A stretch of DNA of 63,864 nt from Toensbergia leucococca (Eukaryota), in assembly GCA_022813965.1 (NCBI GenBank), contig JALDZS010000057.1, positions 62,001 to 125,864 of the forward strand, in the 5' to 3' direction. The notes beneath the pieces were generated by a model. The model was given only the letters and a program-made list of their open reading frames with translations, searched no databases and was not told where the DNA came from. Each line of letters starts with the position of its first letter. The stretch's first letter is position 1. Positions 50,130 to 63,864 of this stretch are shown here, in pieces. The translations under genes were made by a program, and so were the position numbers.

Positions 50130-53100
50130 TCATTTACCAGTCTTGCATCCAGCTGCTTCCTCTACATTCCATTCCCAGTTCTCAAATCCCGTCAATTCTT
50201 TCTACCCATTCGACGTCTCCTCTTCCAGTCATCTACTCTCAAGCCTCATTCAGCTTACCTAGGAACCTGTCCCTGAGTGGGAAGAACCACTCGTCATTTT
50301 GGCCTGCACCTAAGCTATCTGCCACCGACGCTCCGTCTCGCAGCGACTACACTCCACTGGTCTTCTGTCTTGTTCGTATCCACCATTCCCTTACTCTAGA
50401 TCTGTATGTTAGCTTACTGCACAAGGTCCTCAATCCATCTGCCGATTCCCCGCGACTGTACACCTTTCAAAGAGAATGGATACTTACGTGCATATCTTTC
50501 GGAGGCAACAGGAGGGCTACTACGATCTAGAGAGCAAGACGACCGTCTCATATGAGACGCATCATGTGCATCTAGGCTAGCAGCACACTTCTATTCTTCC
50601 ACTCAAGTTCAGCTAGTCATAGACTGACCCATCTTTCTCAGTGACCTCCATATTCTCTGGGCACCTGTCAAAGTCAGCATCTAATTCTCTTCCACAATTC
50701 TGTTGGCTCTTTACGCCTACTACTTCTGCATCCTCACGAAGACATGTTCTTGCTGCAATAGGTCCAGGTGAATGCTTCAGGATATAACTTCGAAATCTCA
50801 TCGGAATCTAGTTGGACATCCTGCCAATCCGCCCAATCGGCGAACACGTCGCTTTCAGTGTCACATTACCTCTCCCCTAATGTTGATGGACCGAGTTCCC
50901 TTTGCCTGACAAAGCGAGCATGGGTAGTATCGATGATCTCGTTTGACGAAAATCTGTAAGACTTCACCCTTGGTTTGGTCATGTTAGAGGCTCTTGCAGT
51001 TGCTCTACAGCCGCTACAACCCTTCTTTGCTTTATCAAGGACTGGACCTCGTCGCTGATGACGCTGACGATGCATCGTTCGTTTACTCAAGATGGGAGGT
51101 CATGCGATAGCTGCACTAAGGATCCACTTGAGCCATGGTCTTGTCTTGGTTCTGACGAGCAAATCGACTCCCGGGGTGCGTGTGGGACCAGGGTCTTTGA
51201 TGTCTTCGTCTTTTTAAACCAGAGCAATTGATGACCTCCTTCACCAAGGCAAGTGTCGTTGATATCATCCTTCTCCGAGTCGCGTTTTTTCGTTTTCCTC
51301 GCTTTCCAAAGCTAGTGTCTTTGAGATCCTCCTTCAAAGCCATCGTCTTCGATGTCCGCCTTCTTTAAAGTCATCATCCTCAATGCATGGCTCGAGCAAA
51401 GAAACAATCGCATGATAGAAATGTGGGAACCTCGAATGTGGAGTCAACGGAATGCTCTTATGTTAGACGATGACACCCAGATACGCGTGTCTGGGTATGA
51501 GTTTTGGTAGTCTGGCTTATGGTTCTGATTCGTGTATAGGCTTCTCTTAGTCCGAGGGTCTTTGAAGGGGGCGGGGGCCGAGCGTGCGGCATCTTTATTC
51601 CTATTAAGTACCGACTCTTCACTCCACACACGTCTGTGAGTTATGCCATGGCATCCGCCAGCTCATCAACCTCTTATCCTAGTATCTAGCCTCTCAAGCC
51701 ACGTCTTGAAAGAGGAGGGGAAGGTAAAGGAGGACATCCGCAACATCTTCGAACATGGCTCTAATTACTGAAGTCTACGCAGCCGGAAACTTTGATCAAC
51801 TCGAGAATAGCGACCAGACTAGGTGGTCCAGCTACTTACACAGCAAGAATGGGTAGTACAAAGCTAAGGATGACATCACCACTGGAGCCATTGTTGATGA
51901 AATCGCTCTAAGTGATAATGATATTGGTCATATTCTGAAGCTTGAAACCGCCGCATCATTTATTAGCGCATCGAGTAAGAGTTTTCGAGATAGGTCGACT
52001 TATCGCAGGTAAAGGCGTTATATGTATCGGGGTTACAGGCTGGTGACGAAGCGAGGGTGGTGATGCAGAAATGTCAGATCCAGTCGCCGTACATCTCACA
52101 TTGGGGCAAGGGAGTTACTGGCGACTGCTGCTAGCTGGAAAGTGATGAGGACAAAACTGGAGAAGACAGCGTAGTAATTAGTAGGTAGTCTTCATGATTC
52201 CAGGTAAACTAGTCAAGAATCAGTATGAACTTCTTACAGTATGAACTTCTTAAAGAGTAAAAGAAAAAGCAACATACAGTATCGTCTTCAGTGTCTGTCT
52301 TGTTTGTAGAGAGAAGAAAGGCGACAAGGCTTATTTCAGCTGCTAGACCTGGAATAGACGACATCATCCACTCACTCGCCTGCAGGTGGGCTCGTACTTG
52401 ACTCGACAACCAAGCAGGAGAGGGATGCATGGTTGAATAGCCAGATTCTAAGGTACACCTGATGATGGTGGGCCACAAGGGGATTTTGCCGCGCCGTGAA
52501 CGGTTGCTTGGTCATGAATGTCGCACCACCAATTCAACTTTCTTTTAATTGATTTGAGTCCCTGAGGCAAGCTTGAGAGATCATTGTGATATGGCTCTTT
52601 TGATGAAAATCCCATGTCATTCCCTATTGTGGGGCTGAGGGGCGGTCGAAGAAGTTGCAATTAACGTTTGCCCCGTGAATATTGCGTGTTTCCAGAACCG
52701 CTGATTTAATTACCCGGAGAGTTTGTGCTATTAGTGACAGGGGCAAAACAAAGGGGCTTTTTTTTGGGTTGGAGCGGGTGGTTTTGACGTTTCTTATCTT
52801 TTCAGTGGATGTGGTGATGATGTTGTAGATGTTTGCGGGTTTGAAATGTTTTTTGTTGTCGTGGAATATGTTTAATCAAACAATTAGATTTGATTCTGAG
52901 CTTCAGAAGCCTGCTCTGATTTCATTTTATTTGACCTCTTTCACTTGAGTGATTTTGGATTTTGGGTTTTGTTGGCGAAGGACTTTGTGAATTCCTACAT
53001 TCAACGAGAACAGCCAGAGATTGAGGCGCTTCTGTTAGAACAGATTATCAAGGTTGAGTGTTTCTCACATAGTTCTCAAAGTGGATTCTCATCATGTTCA
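50130..53100 (-). pseudogene. Probable degraded spliced gene, product unidentified
   Basis: Broken protein-like frames with frequent stops and a canonical intron remnant (GTAAGT...GCTAAC...ACAG at ~50488-50402 on minus); boundaries vague. Confidence 0.3.
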
Positions 53101-54322
53101 GCTCTCAGATCTTTAATTCAAAAACCTCACGATGAGGCTCGCATTTTGTTCAAACATCGATTCACTGTGTTCAGCTGTCGGAGCATCCCGGTCAGCTCAC
53201 GCGGCTCGATAAATCATGACTTTTTTCCAAATCTCTTGACGTCTGTTACCAGCGACGGAGTGCCAGGGCTGGCGGAGGTTGAAGATGTTTGAAATACGGT
53301 CCGCATAAGTGGATAATGTTGTCTAGACGATGTATTAGATGGATTAGATTGATTAGATGGATCAGATGAGAGAGAGGTAGAAGTGATTGAGATTGAAATT
53401 GATGCTGAAGCTTTTGATGGGTTTTGCTATTGAAGCGGGCCTTGTGTGTGTAGTGTGGAGACGATCCATAAGCTCGTCGAGAGCGAAATTTGCCGTGGCA
53501 TAGCGCACAAAATATCAGACGCATTTGCAATGCTACCATGAGATGTTTCAAATGCAAACGTGTCAATGCTATCTTTGGGAGCTAGAGTTCAGCTCAGAGG
53601 CCTAACGTTAATTAGACATGGCTATTGGCAATCCAAAGTAAGCTATCATGAGAATGCGTCTTCTTCCTCAGCACTAGTATGCTGACTTTGATCAATCAGT
53701 ACCTGACCTCTTGACCTATCAATTACTCGAGCAAGTCGTAAAACACTAGGTAGTAAGCACTTCCCCACAGCATTTGCTTGGTTTTGTCGTAGAAGTCTCG
53801 TCTCCTTTCTTCGTCTGGATTTATTTATGTCGGATGCAAATGACGTGTTCTCTCCGCCTCCCACGAAGGAATCGATTAGATCGAGGATCGTTAGTTAGGT
53901 TTGGGAGGAGGGAGGATTTTACTGTCACACCAGCTGGAGTGGCGCTTCAGGGGAGCAGACGGATCATCATTGATCCATGGCCGTCTTACATAGATCTCAC
54001 ATAGATCATAAGATGCAACTTCCCTCTCTGCTCTTACCACCAGTACGTCTATTTGATGTGGCCTGAAGATTTTGACACAAAGGATTGAGGTGCTACGTAG
54101 CTGACGTGCCAAGAAGAATTCTCGCATGATCGAGTCAGTGCCGCTTTCTCCCCGCTATGAGAAGATCAGTTTTTGTTGCAGTCCCGTCTTTATTAAATTA
54201 GATTTGCAGTCTGTCAACTTGATCTCATCTTCATCCCTTACCTCTTGAAACCATCGTCGGTCGACGTCGTTACGTTGAGTTGAATTGAGGCTGCAGCCTG
54301 CCATTGTATCTCTTGCCATTCA

Positions 54323-55493
54323 ATGCCGGCCATACCTCGAAATGTGGCCTACTCTCCAGGATATCTCCACCAAAACAACGGTCAAGGCCTAGTCATTACA
54401 TCCGCTCTCTTCATTGTATTGGACACAATTTTTGTTGCTCTTCGATACTATGCACGACGACTGACCGTGTCTGGTAATCGTACAGCCTGGGAGGATGTTG
54501 TGATCTTTCTAGCATGGCTTGCCAATATAGGAATGTGCGTAATGGGGATTAGTAAGATTTAACCTTGCTATGGAATGGTCTTAACCATCTTATTGACTGT
54601 ATGCTAGTCATGGTTTATGAAGCTGGCGTTGGCTACCCTGTACAAGATGACGCTGACCAGGGCCTTGATCGTCCGCTCTTCCCCAGCAGATGGAAATGCC
54701 TTTACGCCCTGAGCATGCTGTACGCGCCGTCTGCCGTGCTACCCAAGTTTGCAGTCATTGGCTTTTATCTTCGCATCTTTACTAGCCGTGGCATGCGCCT
54801 AACTTGCTATGCCATGGCCGTGTTGTTGACAGCGAGCTGGATTGTGACTATATTCGCCATTACTTTTGCATGCACTCCAGTGAAATATCAATGGAACAGA
54901 GGGCTTACGGGTGGATCATGCGTCAACGTTAGCCCAATCTACATCTCCACCTCTGCGCCCAATCTCTTGACCGATGTCATAATTCTATTCTTGCCCATGC
55001 CCACTGTGTGGCAATTGAAGCTTCCAATGATGACCAAATTTGGCGTCATGGGCGTATTTCTAGCAGGCAGCGTGTATGTATTCCTCTCCTTCCTCGCCAG
55101 GCCCAAGATTAGTGGCTGATCAGCTCTTATATCAGTGGCATCATAGCTTCTGGTATTCGTATGACTATTCTTATTGAGACAGTCGAATCCGAGGACATCT
55201 TTGGTAAGTTGACTTTCTTCATCAAAACATGCGTAAAAGGACTGACAAGCTCTGTGACAGGAACTGGTGTCAATCTTTTCACCTGGACCATCCTTGAACC
55301 AAGCATGTACTTGATCGCAGCCTGTCTCATGACCCTCCGCCCCCTCTTCGCGCAGCTGCATCAGCGATATTTCAAGAATCTTGTCTTTCGCCGTCTTGGG
55401 CGTACACGAAAACTTGCCACCGTTGATATCAATCAAGGCCTTAAGCTTGAAGAATCATCTTCTGATACGTCAAATAGGATGCTCACAGGTTAA
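54323..55493 (+). CDS. PTH11-like integral membrane protein (fungal rhodopsin domain, no CFEM)
   Basis: FVALRYYAR, WEDVVI, PKFAVIGFYLRIF, FACTPV..W, NLLTDVIILFLPMPTVWQLKL, WTILEPSMYLIAACLMTLRPL; three introns. Confidence 0.88.
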
Positions 55494-56872
55494 AAAACCT
55501 CTAATTTTTGACATATGCTTTTCGCACAACTTACTCTTCTTGTCCCTCCACAATTTAGGCATAAAATGAGGTGAGGTTCCGAGGTTTCTTCGCAGCCTCA
55601 AAAGGCCGCGTAATTCTGCTTTTCTGTCAGTCCTTGTCACTTCTATCCTCACACGACAAGGAGATGCAAAGCCTGATATGGTAGGGTCTTGAGGAAGTTT
55701 GATACGGGTTTCCTGTTTGAGCTAGCTGCATGATGAACAACTTCGTTCCATCCAGCATTTTATATGTTCTCCGTCGATGAGTGGAAGGCGGTCATTAGAA
55801 ACAGGCTCACGGATCAAACAGCACACCGGATAGAAAAGAATTCATGCGTGATTCTTAATACTCCTGAGAAGCAGCCATCCTGAGGTAAAAAGAGATATCG
55901 ATAATAGGAGGAACTGCTTGAGGTCCTGGGAGCCTCAGAGGTAAAAATACTTCGATTGTCCTATTGCGCTTGATCAAAGATGACCACAGATATCTGCAAA
56001 GAGACGGTTCAATCTCCACAGATGGTGATCCAGATGCTGAGGCATTCACGAGCACCCTCCAAGAATTGGCTTTAATCAGGTCATCGATGAAATTGTTGGC
56101 AGACAATCGACTCCTGGGTTGAGAAGCGGGGCCGGACGACGAATGCGACATCTGGGATGGCCAACGCCATGACTAGAGTAGGGCATTATATAGAGCATGG
56201 AGACGCTTAATCCGAAGAAGTTGAGGCTATGGGTCTCGCTCGTAAATTTGCCGACCCAGACGATTCGGGCTTGCTCATTTCCAATATGGCGAGACAGCTT
56301 GTAAGGCTGTTCGTAAGTCACGATCCGCACGTGGAAAGATATCCTAGCGACTTCATTAACCCTATCCAAAGAAGTCTTTGCGATGTTCAAAATTAAAGAA
56401 GTCAGACTTTGAGCTTGAAAGAAAAAGACAAGCGTCAACAGTGTAGAATGACAATTCTTAGATAGCAATCAAAGCTTTGCTTCTCCGAGTGCGGCCAACT
56501 TCATGACGGCTCAAGGCGTGCCATGAGTCCCCTACGTTTACAGGGACTGTGGTGATTGAGCTCTAGGCAGCGAACTTGTCAATGACCTTCTTCTTGTATC
56601 AGTGTACTCGAGGCTGTAGGTAAAACACTCGTAAGAGTCCAAACATTGATAGACATATTACAGAGAAGCCAAAACGCAGAGGGTGGAAGTTGATTGAAGA
56701 GAAGTTGATTCGCCCAACAGGATAAGGAAAGTATGCCGACCGGACAAACTTTAGCGCCATGGCCCGAGGCCGTGACACACGTGATAGAATAAATCCAAAA
56801 CTTCCACGACTGCTTGAATGCGACAACTTGTATCCACCTCCAATTCGAGCCGGACGCACCAGGCAGCATAGC

Positions 56873-58566
56873 ATGAGATCTTTTTCGCATCTACTGATAA
56901 AGTCTCGCGCCCCATGTCTACGCTCATTTCCCACGTCTCCCTACCGAACCATTGCTACGTCTCGCAGGATATGCAATGAATCGCCTCTCGCCCCCTCAGC
57001 TAGTGCCACCCGATTACTCTTTACGCCTGAACAATACGTATTACCACTAAGTCCTGCTCATTGTCCCCTACAAGTCCACAGCTCTCTGCTATTCCGACCC
57101 AGAGCATTCGCCTCCAGCGCTACTGGGTCCCGGAACACAAAGCAAGAGGAAGAGGTTGGAGATCCTCCAATAGAACCTGGTGCAGGTAGTGAAGCTGGAA
57201 AGGATGGACCAAAGAGAACATCATCCGATCAAAAGTCAGACGAGTCTTCAGACGAAAGCGGTGAGAAGGCTGGGGAAGAGGGCAACAAGGATCAAAAGAA
57301 AGAGGACCTGCCACCTCCTCCGCCACATGGTGACAAAACACCATGGCAGGTCTTCACTGAGACACTCAAGTCTGAATTTCAGGCTTCCAAAGAGTGGAGC
57401 GAATCCACCAAAGCCTTGGCCTCTTCCGCTCATCAATTCACCGAAAATGAGTCTGTGAAACGTGCACGTGCAGCTTACTCTGCTGCATCCGGTGCGGCGA
57501 CCTCGACTACATCGTCTGCCTTAAAGAATACCGGAAAAGTCATCGGACAAGGAGCCGCGTGGACATGGGATACGCCTGTAGTGAAGGGGGTTCGCTCTAG
57601 CGTCAGTGCAACGGGGAGAGGTCTTGAAAAAGCCACGAGGCCTGTCAGGGAGACACAAGTCTTCAAGACAGCCGTTGGTGGAGTCAAGGATGTCATCGAT
57701 GATGGGAGCAGCTCAAGGTATGGTGGCTGGGTGGAGAAGGAAGAACGTCGGAAACAAAGAGAGCTGAGGGAGCTGAACGAGGCCGGTGGGGTTGGGAGGC
57801 CTGGTAAAAGGGTGGAAAAGGCTGAGGAGGACCCTAAGTAAGTTGCTTACGGCCCATTAATAAAGCCGGACTAACATGGCAATGCAACAGCGCTGGCACA
57901 AACGTCACCCTTCATAAAGACGCAGCTTGGAAAGAATCATGGCGAGACTTCAAAGATTCCAATAGGGTTATGCAATCACTCTTCTCCCTCAAGTCCAGCT
58001 ACAATGAATCTGAAAACCCTCTCATATCGACTGCACGAAGCATCACAGATCGTGTCGCGGGATTCTTTGCGGAGAATGAAACGGCCATGGTTATTAAAAA
58101 GTTCCGAGAAATGGACCCTAGTTTCCAGGTCGAGCCATTTCTCCGAGAGATGCGAGAATACATCTTACCGGAGGTCCTGGATGCCTATGTGAAGGGGGAT
58201 ACGGAAACACTAAAGCTCTGGCTATCGGCAGCGCAATTCCAAGTCTACTCGGCCCTGGCTCAGCAGTACACTACAGCCGGACTCAAATCGGATGGTCGCA
58301 TCCTGGATATTAGGCATGTCGATATATTATCAGCCCGTTTGTTGGAACCAGGACAGATTCCGGTCTTCATCATCACTTGTCGAACGCAGGAAGTACACGT
58401 ATATCGGAACTTAAAGACTAACGATCTTGCCGCTGGGATGGAAGACAGGGTGCAGCTTGTCACGTATGCGATTGGAGTGACTCGAATTGCGGAAGATGTG
58501 AATAATCCCGACACGCGAGGCTGGCGATTGATTGAGCTGCAGAAGAGCGCGAGGGATTACATATGA
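56873..58566 (+). CDS. TIM44: Mitochondrial import inner membrane translocase subunit Tim44
   Basis: TPWQVFTETLKSEF, SSRYGGW, ESENPLIST, FFAENETA..IKKFREMDPSF, YILPEVLDAYVKGD; intron ~57838-57890; an upstream in-frame ATG at 56759 is also possible. Confidence 0.95.
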
Positions 58567-59316
58567 GATGATATGGGGCACTGTGGTCGTTGATTGATTC
58601 TTAACGTTTGCGCATTTAGCGTGTATCCAAAAGAGGACATTTGGGATCGATTGTTCTCCGATTCGGCTTGTACACTATTGCATTTGGCTGCAATTGATAA
58701 AAGAGCAGGGCGTCTTGGGTTTGAGAAAAGAATCCAGGTCAGGATTTTGGTCGCCACTCTTACTACCCTGACTCCCTTTTTGTGCTTGTCGGCTTCTATG
58801 TATATTCTTTCGGACATGATTAGAAATCAAGGCTACATCAGTAGTGGAGAGGGAATCTGGAAGCTACCTGTTTCCCTATTTCCCTATTTCCATCATCCCT
58901 TATCCGGACAATATTTTTTGCCCCTGACATGCCCCTGACAATCTCAGTCACCGTAGGCATGAATACGGAGTACGAGAGTACTAAAAAGGAATTGCACATG
59001 TGAGACAGATGTCTGCCGTACATGATTTAATTTGTTCGATTGCACATGTCCCAAGCCTTCAGTACTCCCATCCTCAAAGCTCCAAGGTCTCCAACTTTCA
59101 CTTCTGAGCACTGGCCCAGAACGTACCTGAGGCTTCTTCTACATTAAAACGACTGCGTCTTTCGAGATAGGCTTAGGCTGAAGCTGCCGCATTGTCCGGA
59201 ACACCTTGCATAATGCGCCGGCAACGTCGGTGAAGCTATCGGATTTCAGCATCGCTACAGTCTTCTTCGATCGTGTTCATCGTCTTCTGAGTTCCAACAG
59301 ATTCCATGCCGAATGA

Positions 59317-62300
59317 ATGCACTCTTTAAATCCCTTCTTGAGGGCCTTCTTCAGGAGCACCTTGCCAGCCCAGTGCAATCCTGTGAACCATCATGTGAGT
59401 GTCCGACCGATAATGGATCCAGGACAATTAATTCCTTGTGCAACGTGTCAGAGGCTGATAGGTTTCACTAGATCCTCCTTGTCCCCACGACTGACGTCCT
59501 CCTCACTTCCAAAGACCGTGAGACAAATACCCTCTACGCAGACCTAGCTGGGTCTGAGGACTTCCTTGCCAGCCATATTCTTCGCATCTCTCCGGGGAAT
59601 GAATCTAGGAATAATCGGGAGGCTGGTGCCGTTCGAGATAGCAAGGGTAAAGCTAAGCAGTTTACTACGGTAAATGGCCGAACCGTATTGGTGAAAGAGT
59701 CTTTCGTGTACAGTAATAAAGGCAAGTCTATCACGCCTTTTCAATTACCTCGACAGGCTCTAAAACACTGTTCTAGGCTTTAGAAATCTAAATCAGGCAC
59801 AACTGCTCAGTGATGTACTTTATTATCCCAACGGACTTGAAGCACAACAATGGCTTGTATATTATATTTCGAGACCCCTGGTCGGAGCCTTTGAGCCAAT
59901 CAAAATAACGCCAGCTATTCTTCCCAGCCTGTACGCGGGGATCCGATCGGGCCCTCCTCCAGATACTTCGTCTAGTGCCGCACCTGATGTCGAGAACGAC
60001 GGCTCGGGGTCATCGCCCAAGAAAAAGGAGATACAATCTTTCAATGACCTTCTCAATAATTTCCCGATGATAGCAAGGCAGATGCAACCTGGTTTGGAAA
60101 GAGTCTTTAAAGAATTCAGTGAGGAGGTGGACAGTCGGATTCCTTCTGCTCTCACACGTGCCTCGGCCGTTCCTAAGAGAGGGTCGACTACGTCTTCACT
60201 CTCCGGGAGTAATGGTTCCATACACAGCAGGTTCTCTAACGGCCACACCAAGCCTCCATCTGTCGCTACTACATTTGTGGACGAAGAGGAGGATTACATG
60301 CGAAGGACGCTGGAGACCGCTGTTACTGCCGCAATTGACCTTTTTCAACTCGTTGATAAGCAACAGCTATCTCTGCTGGGGGCAACTACTGACCTCACCG
60401 GCCCCTTGGTGGAGCGACTTATCGAACGCTACATCACAGCGCAGCTTCATGACACTATCTTGTTTCCCAGGGTTTGCAATAGTAGACGTCTGGAAGATCT
60501 CGAATTGGAGTCTCGGATTCATCAGATGGAGCACATCGACATTTCTCAAGTGGGTATCGTCATCGAGGGTGGTCGAAAGGGCAAAGAGGACCTTACAAGA
60601 CGATTAGTACGGGGAGTCGAAGAATTTCGCAAGCTTGGTGTAGCTGGAAGCCCCCAGCAGATGATGAGCATCTTGCTTGCAACCCAGAAACTGGTCACTA
60701 TGGCTGAGACTAGCCCGAATGAAAACGGGAAGCATGGTACATACGATGAGAATGCAACCAGATCCGAGAAGCCGTTTTCGACCATGACTATCAATGCAGA
60801 TACATTAGTGTCTTTATTGCTCATTGTAGTGATACGATCTCAAGTGCGCCATCTGCAGGCGAGATTGGCTTACATACGGAATTTCATCTTTATTGATGAT
60901 GTCGAGAGTGGGGAAAAGGGGTATGCTTTGAGTACATTCGAGGCCGTGTTGTCTTACCTAGCCAGGGACTCTGGCGGATTGAGGAAAGCCAGTAGGAGGA
61001 ACATACGCCTCTGGCAAGCTACGAGAAAAGGTGACGTGGCGGGGATCAAGGCAATTCTCGAGCCAGAAAAGCAGTCATCAAAGGAGGATGGCGAAATCAA
61101 CAGTCAGGAGGAAGCTCGAGAAGAAGCTATTGACGACCAGGAATGCGACGATGATTCCCCTGCAATCATTCCCATAGAAGAGAACATACCCTTGCATGGC
61201 GATAAAGTCTCCGACGCTGTTGCTGACTTTGATGGCGCTTCAGAGAGCTTAGCTCTGGCACACGTCTTCCCATTTCAGACCAAATTCGATGATGAGGTTA
61301 CGGACGTCAAGAAGCGGAAAGTGAAGCGCGTATCTATGGACGTGCGTAGTCTTTCCAATGCATCTGAATACTCGTTCAAGTCTCTTACTACGACCATCGA
61401 CTCGAGGAGTAGTTGCATTGAGGGTGATACGTCGATAGAGAAGCTTTCGCAAACACAGGACTCTTCTGGGGATTCGGTACTTATGATGGCGGTGGAGGCT
61501 CGACAGCCCGAGGCGCTAGACTACCTGTTGACTCTGGAAGGATTCTACCCCATCCACAGCATTTTAGAAGATTGCAACAGTGAAGGAACGACACTCTTGA
61601 GTGCCGCCGTTCAGCTGGCTCATACCGAGCTCATTGAGATAATCCTGCACTACATATTTCGAGTAAGAGACCAGCATTCAGTGCTGCAATACTTTACCAA
61701 AGCAGATCATCGAGGTCGCACCGTGGCTCACTACCTCTTCAACGCGCCGGATCTAATTCGACGCTTTGGAAATATGTTGCCCTGGCGAAGAAAAGACAAG
61801 AACGGGCAAACGCCACTGTTGGCCTTGTGCAGGTCCTACGATCATCCACACTACTCGGAAATGGTCAGTGACGCTCTTCAATTCGCCACGCATGAGCAAG
61901 ATGATGACCAGCCGCTTCATCTGGACAATCACATCGACGCCAAGGGTAACACTCTACTTCATGTAGTCAGCGATGCTCATCTTGCCTTGCGTATGTTGAA
62001 GTATTGCGACTCGGACGCGAACGCTGCCAATGATAAACGCCTTACTCCTTTGATGGTGGCGAGTAAGTATGGCCGAATAGACATGGTAAGGGCTTTGTTT
62101 GGCGACAAAAGAGTTGATCTCTACGCAAAGGAGCATAGAGGCATGACGGCCGTTGAGTTAGCCAAGGACGATGAAGTGAGAAATCGGATCGATGACATGG
62201 TTCTTGTATCAAATCAACCGGCTGCCGATGGTCGAGTCACTGCCGTGGTACGATCCTTTTTCGTCGAGGATTCAACGATACGCTTGATCATCAAATCTGC

Positions 62301-63385
62301 CATTCGTAACGACAATGGAACGATTGGTGTTACAACTTGTAGGAGATCACTGGGAGATTTTGAGAACCTTGCCAAGTGGTTATCCGTGGAGCACCCAGCT
62401 TCGTGGCTTCCTTCCATTTCCGGTTGCCGATCACCCTTTCAGCTCCCTTCCCGGCCTTCGAGAGCAGTCCTCCATGACATCCAAGTACGACTGGATAAGT
62501 TCTTGAAGATCATGCTTGCACATTCGACCTTTTCAGCCCATGAGTTGTTGTGGGAATTCATCCTATTCCCGGAGATCCAGCCCGACATGATGGGAGAGCG
62601 AAGTAGGAGGAAAGCAGAGTTACGAGCCGAGAATATCAAGGAAGAGTATGAACCGGTGGATGACGTTCGAGACGTCGAATCATTTGTCGGCCATGCAAGA
62701 GACACCATTCGAGGAGTCAACCACTCGACAAAGAGCGTGATACGCAGGGTTAATAACATTCGAACCACCTGTACGGGTATGTAATGGGTTAGCTTCATAT
62801 TTATCATAGATACTAACCTCACTCACAGACTTCTCCATCGCCATGGACCTCTGCACTCAAGCCTTAGCCACCCTTCCCTTCCTCCCAACTCCCCACGTCG
62901 CGGCTCTGACCCGCTACGCCTCAACCACTCACCCTTTTGAATCCGACCCCTACAAAATCTTCCATCAGGACCTCCTTTCCATCGCTTCCACCATCACGGC
63001 GATCCTCACCTCCCTCTCCCGTCCACAAACCATCATCACCTCCCTCCTAGCCACTCAAAAGCAGATCGAACGCCATACCTCCTCCCTTCGCCGCTCCGAC
63101 CGCTGGCCTCTAGGTTTGCTCGACGAAACTCGCAAGGGTATACACAAGGATGCAAGGGACCGGGCGGAGAAGAGCAAAGAGGATCTGAGAGGTTTAGGTT
63201 GCGAGTTGCGGTATACACAGCAAAGCGTTGCGGGGGAATTGGCCGGGTGGCAAGATTTGCATGCGAGGATAGGGAGGAGGGCTGTCAGGGGGTTGGTAGG
63301 GAGGGTGTTGGTGAGAGAGAGAGATCGATTGGAGGGGATGAGGAGGGCGATCAGAGGTTTGGGATTGAAGGAGAGGGGGAAATGA
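59317..63385 (+). CDS. VPS9-ankyrin-PX protein (VARP/Vrl1-like endosomal Rab GEF)
   Basis: MHSLNPFLRAFF; INADTLVSLLL and GEKGYALSTFEA VPS9 motifs; ankyrins GQTPL, GNTLLH, LTPLMVAS; PX-like RRSLGDFENL; helical C-terminus; introns near 59395, 59735 and 62778. Confidence 0.88.
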
Positions 63386-63864
63386 GATTTTTGATGTCAT
63401 GGTACGGATTTTGGATTATGGTGATGGGATGTGGGGAGGGTGGGCTGGAGGGGAGACTCCGGATCAGATATAATACCATGTCCAGCAAAGCTAGGAATAT
63501 ATCACATACATTCACTTCTTTGAAGATTTGAAGTCTTATCTACTTCTCAGCTTTATTTTTTTTCTCTAGTCACCTTGCCTACCTATTTGAATTGGCCATG
63601 AAAGTCTCTACTGAATGAGTTTTCTTGTTTTGCTCTTACTCGAGGTGATGAGAGAATAAATAATAAATTTTTCTAAATTTTTTTGCTGAATTGAGTATGC
63701 AATTTTTGGTTGGTTTTGGAGTTTTGGATGAGGAAAGGGAGAGAGAGAGGGAGGCACAGAGGGGAGTCAGAATAAAGGGAGTTAGTTGCGTGTGTGCATG
63801 ATATATATACTCACTTACTCGTATCTCTACGCTTGATTTTTGAAATCTCAAATCTCAAATCCCT

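Noticed and set aside
63540..63864. AT-rich window end finishing in CCCT, the first bases of the TIR
   Set aside because: A 4-nt match is too short; the similarity to the element family could not be established.

Overview
Gene-dense, intron-containing nuclear DNA from a filamentous ascomycete (Pezizomycotina; a lichen-forming lineage is plausible but not provable here). About 23 intact protein genes can be supported: MON2 3' end, I78 peptidase inhibitor, FAM192A/Fyv6-like, an HExxH protein, stomatin-like, U1-type Zn finger, enoyl-reductase-like, a bZIP factor, HIR1, GT15 mannosyltransferase, PPPDE peptidase, OLA1/YchF, a NACHT-ankyrin NLR, a SAM methyltransferase, MscL, a secreted Thr-rich protein, a Fet3-like multicopper oxidase, a HeLo-like/ankyrin protein, mitochondrial uS11, a PTH11-like membrane protein, TIM44 and a VPS9-ankyrin-PX protein. 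Non-coding content includes a complete non-autonomous TIR element with a 9-bp TSD, decayed relatives of it, CpG-free islands, a collapsed NLR pseudogene and a stem-loop-dense intergenic block. The most striking locus is OLA1: its long intron holds an snR69-like box C/D snoRNA that also carries a sense-strand copy of the adjacent LSU rRNA helix 93, and its 5' leader encodes an in-frame, ACG-initiated, mitochondrial-presequence-like extension. All calls were made by eye; splice coordinates are approximate and no searches were run.
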